From Geotalea uraniireducens Rf4 (GTDB lineage Bacteria > Desulfobacterota > Desulfuromonadia > Geobacterales > Geobacteraceae): DNA of 32,000 bases. Positions 14,694 to 26,600 of this stretch are shown one piece after another. A program made the translations under genes and the position numbers. Below the pieces are notes generated by a model that was given only the letters and a program-made list of their open reading frames with translations, made no database searches and had not been told where the DNA came from. The DNA is taken from contig NC_009483.1 in assembly GCF_000016745.1 (NCBI RefSeq), forward strand, positions 3,630,001 to 3,662,000, written 5' to 3'. Numbering within the stretch: position 1 is the stretch's first letter; every line of letters starts with the position of its first letter.

Positions 14694-17600
14694 CAAACTC
14701 TCCCCAGACGTTATGAACTGAAGAGTGAGCAGCTTTATCTCTTGTTTCCCGTTCTTCATTTGAATCTCTGTTGGTCGCTGTTGATAAGGTAACGCCCGTT
14801 CCAAGGGTTCGTTTATTCAATACAGGAGCTGGCAGAGAGAACAACCGCTGGGTATAGTTCCCTTCCGGAACAAATTCTTCCATGATCACATGGCAATTGG
14901 TACCTCCATCGGGGAATGAATTCTGGGCGGCAATGCGCTTCATCCCTGGCGCTACCAGCCAGTCGGTGCATTCCCTATTGAAACCAATACGTGACGCTGT
15001 GAAATCATAATGTTCAAACGGTTCCATCGCGGATAAGAATGGCGGTATCTTCTTCTCTTCGAGGCTGAGCATGCACCGTATAAACCCGGCCAACCCTGAT
15101 GTCAGGAGAAGGTGCCCAATGTTTGGCTTTATCGATCCCACTGCACACGGCTTCAGTTTGTTGTCATCCAGCCGATATATCTCCGACAGCGCTTTTATTT
15201 CTATTGTGTCTACCACTGGTGAACCACCGCCATTAACTTCGATATAATCTACTTCTTCCGGCTTTTTCCGGCTAAGTTCCAGAGCCTCCTTCATCACTTC
15301 TTTTTGAGCATCTATATTAGGCGAGCCAGGACCCAACGTCCTTCCGTCATTATTTACCGCTATCGCCTTGATAACCCCGTATATCTTGTTCCCATCCCTT
15401 ACCGCATCGCTTAACCTCTTCATTAATACCAGCCCTGCCCCTTCTCCCAGGACCTCTCCTTCTGACTGGTTCTCAAATATTTTAAACTCTCCATTCTTGC
15501 TCAGTATATTTCTCGCCTCAAACAATCTATGTGTAAACTGATTTAAAATCAGGCTCACCGCTCCAACCATCGCCATATCAATTCTTCCGCGTTTTAAGGT
15601 ATCCGACGCCATTGATATCGCCGTTAACCCTGACGAACACGCTGTGTCTAGCACCAAGCTCGGCCCCGTGATATTGAAGAATCTCGATATGTTGGTCGCG
15701 AGATAGTTCTGTCCTATCCCCAAAATCGGGTTATTCGCCTCCAATATCTTTTCCATATCCGGTATTACCTGGGCACGGCCCCCCACATACACCCCGACCC
15801 TTTGGCCTGTGATGTCCTTACTTTCATACCCAGCGTCATAGACCGCCTTAAGACTTTCTTCAAGTATCAACCTGGCTTGCGGATCCATTATCATTGCGTC
15901 GTTTTCTTTCAACTTGAAAAACTCGGGATCGAAGCTATCTATATCGTCGACCCACCCGCCATAATCTCTCCTTCCATTACTTTCCCACCGGCTTTCCGAT
16001 ACTTCCCGAATCGCCTTTTTCCCTTCTGTCAGCAATTTCCAATAGGCGTCCTTGGTTGGAGAATCAGGGAAGCGGCAGGAAATCCCCACTATCGCTATCT
16101 CTTCTTCCCTGCTATCAAAATCTACTCTGTAATCGTTATCGTACTCATCGTTTTCTTCTTCCACCTCTTCATATACTGCTTCAGCTTCTACTCCCAATAG
16201 ATCCTTCAATTCCTGTGCATGGTTATCAACAAAGTACTTGGTCAATTCATTTAAGGTCTTGTTTTCCAATACTACCGACGGCGAAATCGGCTTGGATATT
16301 TTCTTTTGTAATGTCTGTACAATTTGAGCAATAACGATCGAGTCCACCCCGTATTCATCAAACGGCCTCGTTTCGTCAAGTTGAGCATCGTTTAACCTTA
16401 ATTCTTGTTTGAAAACCTCTTTAAGCCATTCTCTGACCTCTACATTCAATTCCTTGCCTACCGTTTTCTTCCAGGTGACCGCTTTAGTTGTTTTCCTTGA
16501 TGGCTTTAGCTCGGTCTTCTTTACTTCTATTTCGGTTTTTAGTAACTCGTTTCTTTTAAATCTTTCCGGATTAACCACGCATGGCAGTGATACGTTAGGC
16601 CCCGCCTCACGGATTACATCCAGAAGCTCCATTCCTTCTCTGTTCGATATCGATTCCAGCCCGGAGTTAATATATACAGGCGTCTTCACCCCATCGGTTG
16701 TAGCCACCATCCCAGCTTCACGCCAGGCCGGCCACTGTACCGATTTTATATTTCCCTCCCCTGTTCTGCTCATTGCAAAGTAATCCATGTAGCTGTTTGC
16801 CATGGCATAGTCACTCTGTCCGACAGATAATGCCGGCAATATGCTGGAGACCGATGAAAACAGTATGCTGAATTTCAGCTTTTCCTTCCTTAGCGCTTGA
16901 TGCAAGTGTACGACCCCCTTAATCTTCGGGGCGCACACATCCTCTATTTCTCCTATTGGCTTCCTGGTAAACGCAGGGTCTTTACCGGCCATTCCCGCGC
17001 AGTGGAACACTCCGGTTATCTCTCCTAATTCCTCCCTGACTTTTGTCACCATCCTATTGACGGCTTCTTCGTCAGTTAACGGTGTGTCGTAATACTGTAC
17101 CCTTACGCCTACCTCTACATACGACTGCAGGGTTTCAATCTTTTCCTTCCTGCCGGCTTCGTTTTTCCATTCCTCGACAGGGGGTAACTTTTCTTTCCCA
17201 AGGATTACCAGTTTCCTTACTCCTTGCGAAACTACCCTTCCTGCGATCGCCCTCCCTATTCCCCTGGTGCCTCCGGTTATCAGTATCACGTCATCTTGTT
17301 CGTACCGGATCGCTGTCTGTGCCCCTCTTATTTCATCTTCTGTCATTTTCACTGCCAAAACCGGCTCGTACCTTTCCTCGTTCCGATAGCAGCACTCGGT
17401 TACCTTCCCCTTGTTGCTGCTCATCAGTTCTTTTTCTATTTGACTTTCTAACTTCTCGATATCATTTTGATTCAATCCCAAATCACTATCCATCGTAGCG
17501 GATCTAATCTCCTTATATTCGGCGCTCAACATCCTGTAGAGACCGGCCAGTCGTGCTCCTTGCATGCTCGGCGCATGATTACGGAAATCATTGAGCAGGT

Positions 17601-20600
17601 GGGTTACCTGGAGCAGTTTGAATCCTTTTTCCCGGTCATTCTCTATGAGCTTCTGTAATAAGCGGAGCTTCCCTGCTTCTAGATCCAGCGACTCTTCATA
17701 TTTCGGGTCCAGCGCGGTTATGTCTATTAATCCTAAGAGCCTGCTCTCGCCGCCCTTTTCTTTGATACGCCGATACAGTTCCTCTCCGTTATCAGATACG
17801 TAGAAATCAGTGGCTATTATCCCTTTTTCTACAGATGTTCCCTGCACCACAATTATGACTTGGATGCCTTCTTTTTCTTTAAATATCATTGTTGCCAGTT
17901 CTGTTGTATTTGTTGTCCCCAGAATGATAAGGAAAACATCGTTCATTACCGAATCGGATTCTATTTGAGTTCTTTGCCACTCCTTGGTCAAAATCATTGC
18001 CTCGCGTCTATATTCTTTGTTTCTCTTATTCATCTCTGTTTTGAGTATCGGTATCCAGTATTTTTCTCTGGCGAACGGATACGCGGGCAGACTGATTCTT
18101 ACCGGTTTTTCCCTGTCATAAATCTTGTTCCAGTTTATGGAGAGTCCTCTTACCCAGAAATCAAGCAATTTCTCATATTTTCTCTTGCTGATCCAGTTAT
18201 CGACCGCCTTTTGAAGGTCTTCATCTATTGCGAATTGGCTAAAGGTTTCTTTATCCCTCTTTGCCTGCCCGCGGTACAGATCAAAGCTATCCACCTCTCC
18301 CTTCAGGTATCTATTGAGTTTTTCCTCTAGCTCCTGGATTGTACTGACCGTAAATCCAAGTCTTTCCTCCATTTCCTCGCGTCCAACCTGCAGCGTATAG
18401 GCGATATCGGCCAGCTTTTCATCTCCATAACCAGCCCTTTCTACCCACTCTGACAGATCTTTCACCCGTTCTTTCAGTCTTTCATCATTCTTCGCCGACA
18501 GTACTATTACCGCAGGGTTTTCTTTGCTTATCGTACATAGCCCTTTCTTTTCTACCTGGTACTCCTCCATTACCACATGGGCGTTGGCGCCACCTGCTCC
18601 GAAAGCCGAAATCCCCGCCCGTCTCGGCAGTTCCCGTCCGTCGATCAAGGGGCGTTTCCATTCCGCGAGCTCCTGCTGCACCACAAACGGAGTGTCGCCG
18701 AAATCGATATGAGGGTTCAGTGTCTGGGCATGCAGCGAGGGCGCTAACTCGCCGTGCGCGAACTGCAGCAGCACCTTCGTCACCCCGGCGATTCCCGCTG
18801 CGCTCTCGCAATGCCCGATGTTCGATTTCACCGATCCGATGGCGCAGAACTCTTTGTCGTTGGTGTATTCCCGGAACGCTTTGGTCAATCCGGCGATCTC
18901 GATCGGGTCTCCCAGAGAGGTGCCGGTACCGTGCGCCTCAATATAACTGATGCTCCGCGGATCGATCCCCGCTTCCTGAAGCGCCCCTACCACAACACCG
19001 GCCTGGGCCTGCGGATTTGGAACGGTGTAGCCGTTGGTCTTCCCGCCGTGGTTGATCGAGGTGCCCTTGATCACCCCGTAGATGTGATCCCCGTCGGCAA
19101 TCGCTTTCGAAACCGGCTTGAGCAGCAATGCCCCGACACCTTCTCCGGGCACGTAGCCGTCTCCGCCCTTGCCGAAGCTTTCGCATTTCCCCTTGCTCGA
19201 CAAGAATCCGCTTTGCGACAGCATCAGGTACTTGTTGGGATGAATCGATACGTTGACCCCGCCGGCAATGGCCACCTCGCACTCGCCGCGCCGGATTCCC
19301 TGGCAGGCGAAGTGGATCGCGGTCAGCGAGGAGGAGCACATGGTGTCGACCGCTATGCTGGGCCCCTGGAAATTGCAGAAATAGGACACGCGATTGGCGA
19401 TCGAGGAGGAAACGCCCCAGCAGGAAATCGGCCTCCCCTGGATTTGCTCCTGCGCCCCGTAGAGCTGGTACTCGTCGTACATTACCCCGACGTACACACC
19501 TACATTGCCGCGAGCCCCGCCTTTCCCGTTGACGCTCAGATTTTCCTTGGTATATCCGGCGTCTTCCATGGTCTCATACACGCATTCCAGGAACAGCCGC
19601 TCCTGCGGGTCAATTATTTGCGCTTCTCGAGGAGAAATGTTGAAGAAGAGAGGATCGAACAGGTCCACGCCATCCAGGAACCCTCCCCACTTGCTGTAGA
19701 CTTTTCCGAGGATGCTTTTGTCTGCATCGAAGTACAGGCCGTGATCCCAGCGGTCTTTCGGGATTTCGGTGATGCTGTCCCTGCCCTCCCTGAGATTCTT
19801 CCAGAATTCCTGGAGGTCCCCTGCCTGAGGATAGCGGCCAGAAACGCCGATGACCGCGATATCAAACGCTCCCTGCGCCAGTTCCTTTTCATTTCGTGAG
19901 GTAGCGCGAACCGACCCAAGACGCGAGCGACCGCGCTTGTCGGGAGATGCCGCAGCTCCTTCAACAAAAGCGAGATGTTGGAGCCTCGCATGGGAAACCA
20001 GCGGTTTCTCCTGGATGCCCAGTGCCGCCTTCATCTGATCCGGGTACGAGGCGAGGAAATATGAGGTCACTTCCCTGATGTTCCGGTATTCGAAAAACAG
20101 GGTCTTGGGAAGCGAGCCGAAGGTCTTTTCCAACTGGTTCGTCATCTGCAGGACCATGATCGAATCGATCCCGTATTTTTCCAGCGCGGCATCGGTTTCG
20201 ATCCGTGAAGCCGGCAGCCCGATCGCAGAAGAAAGCAGCTGTTTGAAATAATGTTCAGCCTTCTCCCGGACGGTATTTCCCTCAAACGCCAATGCTGCGG
20301 CATGCAGGTTTCCATCGAGGTCGGAAACAACCGCGTAGCCGCGCGATGATCCGGTCGAATCCGTCTTTCCTTCCACCCCCCTCACTGAGAGTCCTCTCAG
20401 ACTCGCGCATACCAGTCCCGTCTCGTCGCACAGATCGATATCGAACTTTTCCTTGTCGCCCGTCGCGCCATTGTCGGAAAGGCGGACCCATGACCAGGTC
20501 ACGGAAGTACAGGAACTGAATATCTCCACATCCCTTACCGCAAAGGGAAGCACGGACTTGCGCTCGCCGGAACTCGTCAGGAGCAAACAGGGTTGCAGGG

Positions 20601-23600
20601 CCGAGTCCGTCAAACCAGGATGGAAGACGAACTGTCCCCGGGCGTCGGATTCCGAAGAAGACAGCGACAGCTTCGCCAATACCTTTCCCTCACCGACATA
20701 TGCCTCCTCGATTCCCCGATGTCCCGGACCGTACTCGATCCCCATCTGCTTGAAGGTCTCGTAGCATTGGCTGGGCGTCAGACTCTCTTTGGTGCACTCC
20801 GCCTGCAAGGCCTGGATATCCAGGGAGGACCTTTCGCACGCGGCGAGCAGCTCCGCGGCCCCTTGGCCGTGCACCAACGGCTCCGCTCGGTCTTCTTGGG
20901 AGTCGCTGTAGATTTCATAGGTGATCTCACCGGTGTCGAGGGGGATCAGGCTGATGTGGACACGAACCGGCTGGCCCTCGACCGCAATCGGGCGAGCCCA
21001 CACCACGTTCTTCAGACGTACCCCCGCGTTACCTTCCTCCGCTCCTGCGGCTTGCTCCAGTGCCGCCCGTGCCATCTCCAGGTACGCCACCCCCGGGAGA
21101 ACCTTCCGGCCCTGCACCACATGGTCGGTAAGGAAAAACTCCTCGCCGGTAAAGGTGGAACTGAAGCGCTGCTCGGAGAAATCCGAGGTGTTTTGATGCA
21201 GCAGCGGGTGTATCTTGTCGTTACCGCTGTCACCTAACCTCAGTCTTTCAGCCTCAGGCGTCCAATACCGCTCGCGCGCAAAGGGATACGCCGGCAAGCT
21301 GATGGTCCGCGGGGTCTCCGCTCCATACACCCCGCTCCAGTCGAAGTTCAGTCCGTTTGCCCAGGCTTCCGCTATCTTGGCCGGCCGTGCCTTTTGTATC
21401 CAGGTCTCCAGCAGTGCTTTGCCGTTTTCATCCGACGAGAACAACCCCGCTTCATTCTTGCCTTCCTGCACCCGGCCGCTGAATACTCCGGATGACGGGT
21501 CATTGCCGATGAACCCGGTCAAGGCCCTCAGCACGGCGTCCAGCGAACCTGCGGGGAACGCCAGGCGATACTCCATCGCCTCGCGCCCCATCTGCAGCGT
21601 GTATGCGATATCCGCGAGATCGGCGTCCTCGTGCGATTCGATCCAGCTTTTGATGTTCTCCGCGTAACTTCTCAGTTGCACCTCGGTTTTCGCCGAGAGA
21701 ACAAACAGTGCGGGTCCGCTTGCCGGCACCGAAATCGCGGAGTTTTGCGGAACAATATATTCCTCGATTACCGCGTGTGCGTTGGTGCCGTTGATGCCGG
21801 TGGTGCTGATCGCACCCAGCCGCGGACCGCCATTTTTGCTGGTCCATGCCTGGTTCTCCCGGCACGGCACGAAGGGACTACCTTCGAAACGGATGTAGCC
21901 GTTACTGGTTTCGTAGTGGCGCATCCCCGGAATGGTGTGCGTGTTCATCGCCATCACCATCCCGATCAAGTTCACCAGGCCCGAGGCCGCGAAGGTGTGG
22001 CCCACCAGCGGTTTGATGGAACCCAAGGCGCAGTACTGCTCTTTATCCGTGTAGCTGCGGAACGCACTGGTCAGTGCCTGGAACTCTATCGGGTCGCTCA
22101 GTTTCGATCCGGTGCTGTGCGCCAGAACATATTGGATGTCGTCCGGGGCGATGCGGGACTTGGCATAGATACTCTTGATCAATTCCGCCTGGCTCAAGGG
22201 AGTCGGCGCGATGATTCCGTTGGTTTTCCCGTCGTAGTTCACTCCGCTCGCTTTTATGCACCCATAAATCCGGTCCTTATCCGCCACAGCCTTGGACAGC
22301 GGTTTCAGCACCACGGCGGCGACCGCTTCGGCGGGAACCAACCCGTTGGCATCCCGGTCGAACACGCGGCAGGTGCCATCCGGGGAAAGCATGTCGAACT
22401 TGCTCAAACCGAGATAGGCCGAAGGGGAGAGCAGCAAGCTGATGCCGCCTGCCAGGGCCATTTCGCATTCGCCCTGGCGCAGCGCCTGGCATGCCTGGTG
22501 GACAGCCACCAGCCCGGAGGAGCAGGCCGCCGTCAGCGCGAGATTCGGGCCCTTCAGATCGAGCATGTACGCGATACGGGCCGACAACGTCGCGTTCTGA
22601 TTGCTGTTGATCAGCCCCTGGTTGCCGGACAGGTATCCATACTCGCCCTCCTCGACCCCCACATACACTCCGCACGCCGTGCCCCGGATGCGGGCTCCCA
22701 TGTAGCCGGCATCTTCCAGGGCATGCCACGCCTCCTCGAGAAACAACCGCTGCCCCGGGTCCATGAAGCCCGCCTCTTTCGGAGAAATCTCGAAAAACAG
22801 CGGATCGAAGCAGTCCACATCGGGAACAAATCCACCCCAACGGGAGTTGGTCTTCCCGGCCTCCTGAGCGCGATCCGTGTAGTACCGGCGCCAATCCCAG
22901 CGGTCCGAGGGGACTTCGGTGATGCAGACCCTGCCGTCCACGATATTTTTCCAGAACTCTTCGACACTGCCGGCCTGCGGGAAGCGCCCACTCATTCCGA
23001 CGATGGCGATGGGTTCCGACAACCCCGGGCTCGCGGCTATCGATCCGAATCTGCGTTTGCTCCGCACCTGCGGTTGTGTTTGTGTTGCGGCAGGAATGTC
23101 GTGCCGGGCGGCAGGAACGTAGGCCCGGGCAGCAGGCTTGGGTGCGTCTTCGCGGTACAGCTCCTCGATTGCCGCGCGGTGTTCGCTGGCAAAATAGCGA
23201 ACCAGTTTTCCCAGTGTGGAATAGGCGAAGAACACCGACGGCGTGGTCTCTATGCCAAAACGCTCGGTCAACAAGGCGGCAAGTTCCATCAGGGTGATGG
23301 AGTCGAATCCGAAATCCGCCAGGTTGGTATCCTCGTCCACACGGCTAATCGGAATCTTCATCAAGGTGGCGATCTGCTTTTTAAGGTCCGATTCCAGGCA
23401 TTGCTCCACGCTCAGCCCCTGCATCTCCACGCTTCTGCCGGTGAGCTGGGGGGCTGCGGAGACCGTATTCGACCGGGACACTTCCTCGTTGAGCCCCAGG
23501 AAACGATGCACCCGGCTGCGCTGCCCGACCAGAACCAGGTGCTGGGCTGCGTCCTGAACCGACAAGCAACGCTCGAACACCTCGAGTCCTTCTGCTGTTT

Positions 23601-26600
23601 CCAAAGTGCGCTGGCCGCTCGACTTCAGATACAGTTCGGTCTTCTCGCTGTCCCCGATGCTCATCCCGCCGTCTTTCCACAGCGGCCAGTTGATCGCGAC
23701 CGCCCGTCCCTTCCGCAACCCCTGTTTTTCCAAACCGTTTCGATACTGCGTATAAGACATCTGGAAACGGTTGGCGATCGAGTAGTCGCAGGAGCCGAAG
23801 TCCCCAAGGATCGCCGCGGAGGACGAAAAGTAGCAGATAAAATCGAGCGGTTCCTCGCGAAGCAACTCGTCAAGGACCAGTGTCCCCGTGATCTTGGGAG
23901 CCAGCACTTTTTCAAACCGGCCCATATCCTTTTCCAGAACGCTCTGAATATCCTCGATGCCGGCCGAGTGAATAACCCCGTGGATCCTGCCGAACCGCTC
24001 TTGTGCGCGGTTCAGCCCTTCTTTCATAGCGTCCACGTCGCAGACATCGGCCTGGAGATACCAGACCTTGCTGCCGAGATCCTCAAGTGCTTGTATCCTG
24101 GACTTCTTCGCCTCATCGAGCGGAGATCGCCCGGTAAGCACTAGGTTGACGGGGTTCTTTCGTGCGAAATCGGCCGCGAACAGGAACCCGAGCCCCCCGC
24201 AGCCCCCCGTGATAAGATAGGTTCCGCCTGCTCTCACCAGGCTGACGCCCGGTTCCTGAAGGGTCGGCCGAATCCGGTAGGCATACCGCTTCCCGTCCCG
24301 GTACAAGATGCTGCGCACCTTGCCCCCCGCGTATTCGGCCCGGATCCTTTGTGCCCACGTCTTCATCTCGGCGGCCAGATCCCTCCCCGTAGTCTCTTCC
24401 AGAAGTACCGCGGTCTGAGTAGTCGGCAGGACCAACCCCAAGGACCGTTCGAATCCGATCCAGGACTCCAGATAGCAACGCTCCAGCTCGTTCCCGAACC
24501 GGCCAGCCAGCAGGAAGCGTCCTGTTTTGAGTTTTGCCGATGCAACGGCATGCAGAGTGGAGACTATCGAAGCATAATCGGTAATGCGCTCGGGGTCCTC
24601 GAGCGGCCAGAGATAGAGGACGGCATCGACGTCGCCATGCTCTTCCCGAATACTGCTGAAGGCTTCCTGGTACGTCTTCGGATCATGAAGACAGACGCGA
24701 TACCGGCTTTGGGATTGCTTTTCGTAGCCAGTCCCCTGGGATATAAAAATAACCGTGGTCTGCGGTATAGCTTCAGCAAAGAGATCCTGGCTTTGTGGAT
24801 CGGAGAGAAAACAGATTGCCTTTTTTAACTGTGCAGCAGGCGCGTTCGGCAAAGCGTGCTCTTGCCAGACCTCCTCGAACGTCATCAATTCGAACGGCTC
24901 CGGAGCGGCAGTTGCGGAGGCTTGCGCAAGTTGACTGATTGCATCGGCCGCAAAGGAAGGTTCGGTCTCCGCGCCGCTATACTGTATCCCCTTCATCCTC
25001 ACGCATACTCTTCCCGTTTCATCGCACAAATCGACGTCAAAGGCTTCCGCCTTGTTATCTGCCCCGCCACCCTCCGAATACCGGGCCCATGCCCACATCG
25101 AGCTGGTGCAAGGGGCAAAAAGCTCCAGGCTCTCTACTGAAGCAGGAAGCGCCAGCCTACAGGCAGCATCCCCGCAGCCAATGGTTGCCTGGAAGGCGCA
25201 ATCCAGCAGGGACGGATGAAGAACGTAGCGCTCCAGGGTATCGGACTGCCCCGAGGGAAGCATGAGCTTTGCCAGCGCTTCTTCAGAGCCCGCATGCATG
25301 CTCTCGATACCCCGCTGTCCCAGGCCGTACTCGATACCCATGGACCGGAAGGCCTCGTAGCACTGCTCGGCGTTCAGGGCACTCCGGCTGCACCGGGCCT
25401 GCAAAGCTTCGAGATCGACTCGGGGAGCTTCGCCCGCCGGACCCAGCAGCGCCGTTCCCCTGCTGTGCAGCAGCGGCTCCGTTTGGTTCCCTTCCGCCTG
25501 GCTATAGATCTCGAAGCCAATCTCCCCGCTGTCTTCCAGGTAGAGCCCGATGTGCACCTGCACCGGCTGGCCGTTGAGCGCTATCGGCCGGGTCCAGGCC
25601 ACGTTCTTGAGCCGTATTCCGGCGCCGCCTTCCTCCGTTACCGCAGCCTCTTCCACCGCCGCCCGGACCATCTCAAGGCACGCTGCGGCCGCAAGGACCT
25701 TCCCACCTGTCCCGACCGGCTCGTTCACGAAGAACTCCGCTCCGGTGAAGCTGGAACTAAAGCGCTGTTCGGAAAGGTTCGAGGTATTCTGATGCAGCAA
25801 GGGATGAATCTGGTGGACGGCATTGCCTGTCCTGTGTCCTTTGTCCGTCCGCGAAGCTCCGGTGTCAGGCACCCAATAACGCTCCCGCGCAAACGGATAG
25901 GTCGGCAGTTTGATCCTCTGGGGACGGTACTCTCCATAAAGCCGGCTCCAGTCCACGTCCATGCCGTTTACCCAGAGTTTGCCGAGTTTATGGAACATCC
26001 CCTTCTGCATCCAGGCTTCGACCGTGTTGAACATGTCGTCATCCGAGGTGAACATGTCGACGATCTCTTTATTCCGTTTGACCTGCCCGCGGAAGAGGCC
26101 GCTGACACCTTCCGTGCCTTGCACGAATCCCTTCAGTTTCTCCTTGAGTTCGTCGATCGATTGCGCGACCACGGCAAGGCGCGCGTCCATCGCCTCCCGG
26201 CCCACTTGCAGGGTAAACGCCAGGTCCGTGAGGTTTAGTTCGCGGCCGGATGCCGGTTGTGGCAACTTCGGCATATCTTCAGAATCCGCGAGAAGTTCGC
26301 GGTGCTCCAGGAGACTCGCGCTTGCCGCGGCGATGGAACTCCATTGACGCAGGTCGGCACCGTCGATCTCTATGGCGAGTTCATCTTGCAGGGCATCTTT
26401 GATCAGTTCGAGCTGCAGGAACTCGACCCCGTATTCGTTCCAGTCCTGTTCGATTTCCAGGTCTTCTTCCCGGACATGGATAATCCCGGACATGATGTTG
26501 CGAATCCGAAGCTCCATGGTTTTCCGCAGTCCCGACTCCCTTTCTCCTTGAGCCTGCCGCGGAAGACCGCCGTCGGGGGCATCGAGAAATTCGAGCAACC

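Noticed and set aside
14694-14804. A 37-codon N-terminal extension of gene C from the track's TTG start (MERALPYQQRPTEIQMKNGKQEIKLL...).
   Set aside because: It overlaps 128 nt of gene B, has no SD and has no counterpart at the paralogous gene B N-terminus. ATG 14693 has a good SD and aligns with MQDQYRISSNHPIV. ATG 14759 cannot be fully excluded.
21631-24144. An 837-aa plus-strand ORF, plus other long plus-strand ORFs (18754..19899, 25216..26238, 7219..7998, 6310..6978, 20593..21237, 5551..6183).
   Set aside because: They lie antisense to unmistakable KS, KR, ACP and DH coding sequence and are rich in Arg, Gly, Pro and His. They occur only in the G+C-rich parts, where stop codons are rare, and disappear in the low-G+C block. 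They have no convincing SD or start context. These are typical shadow ORFs.
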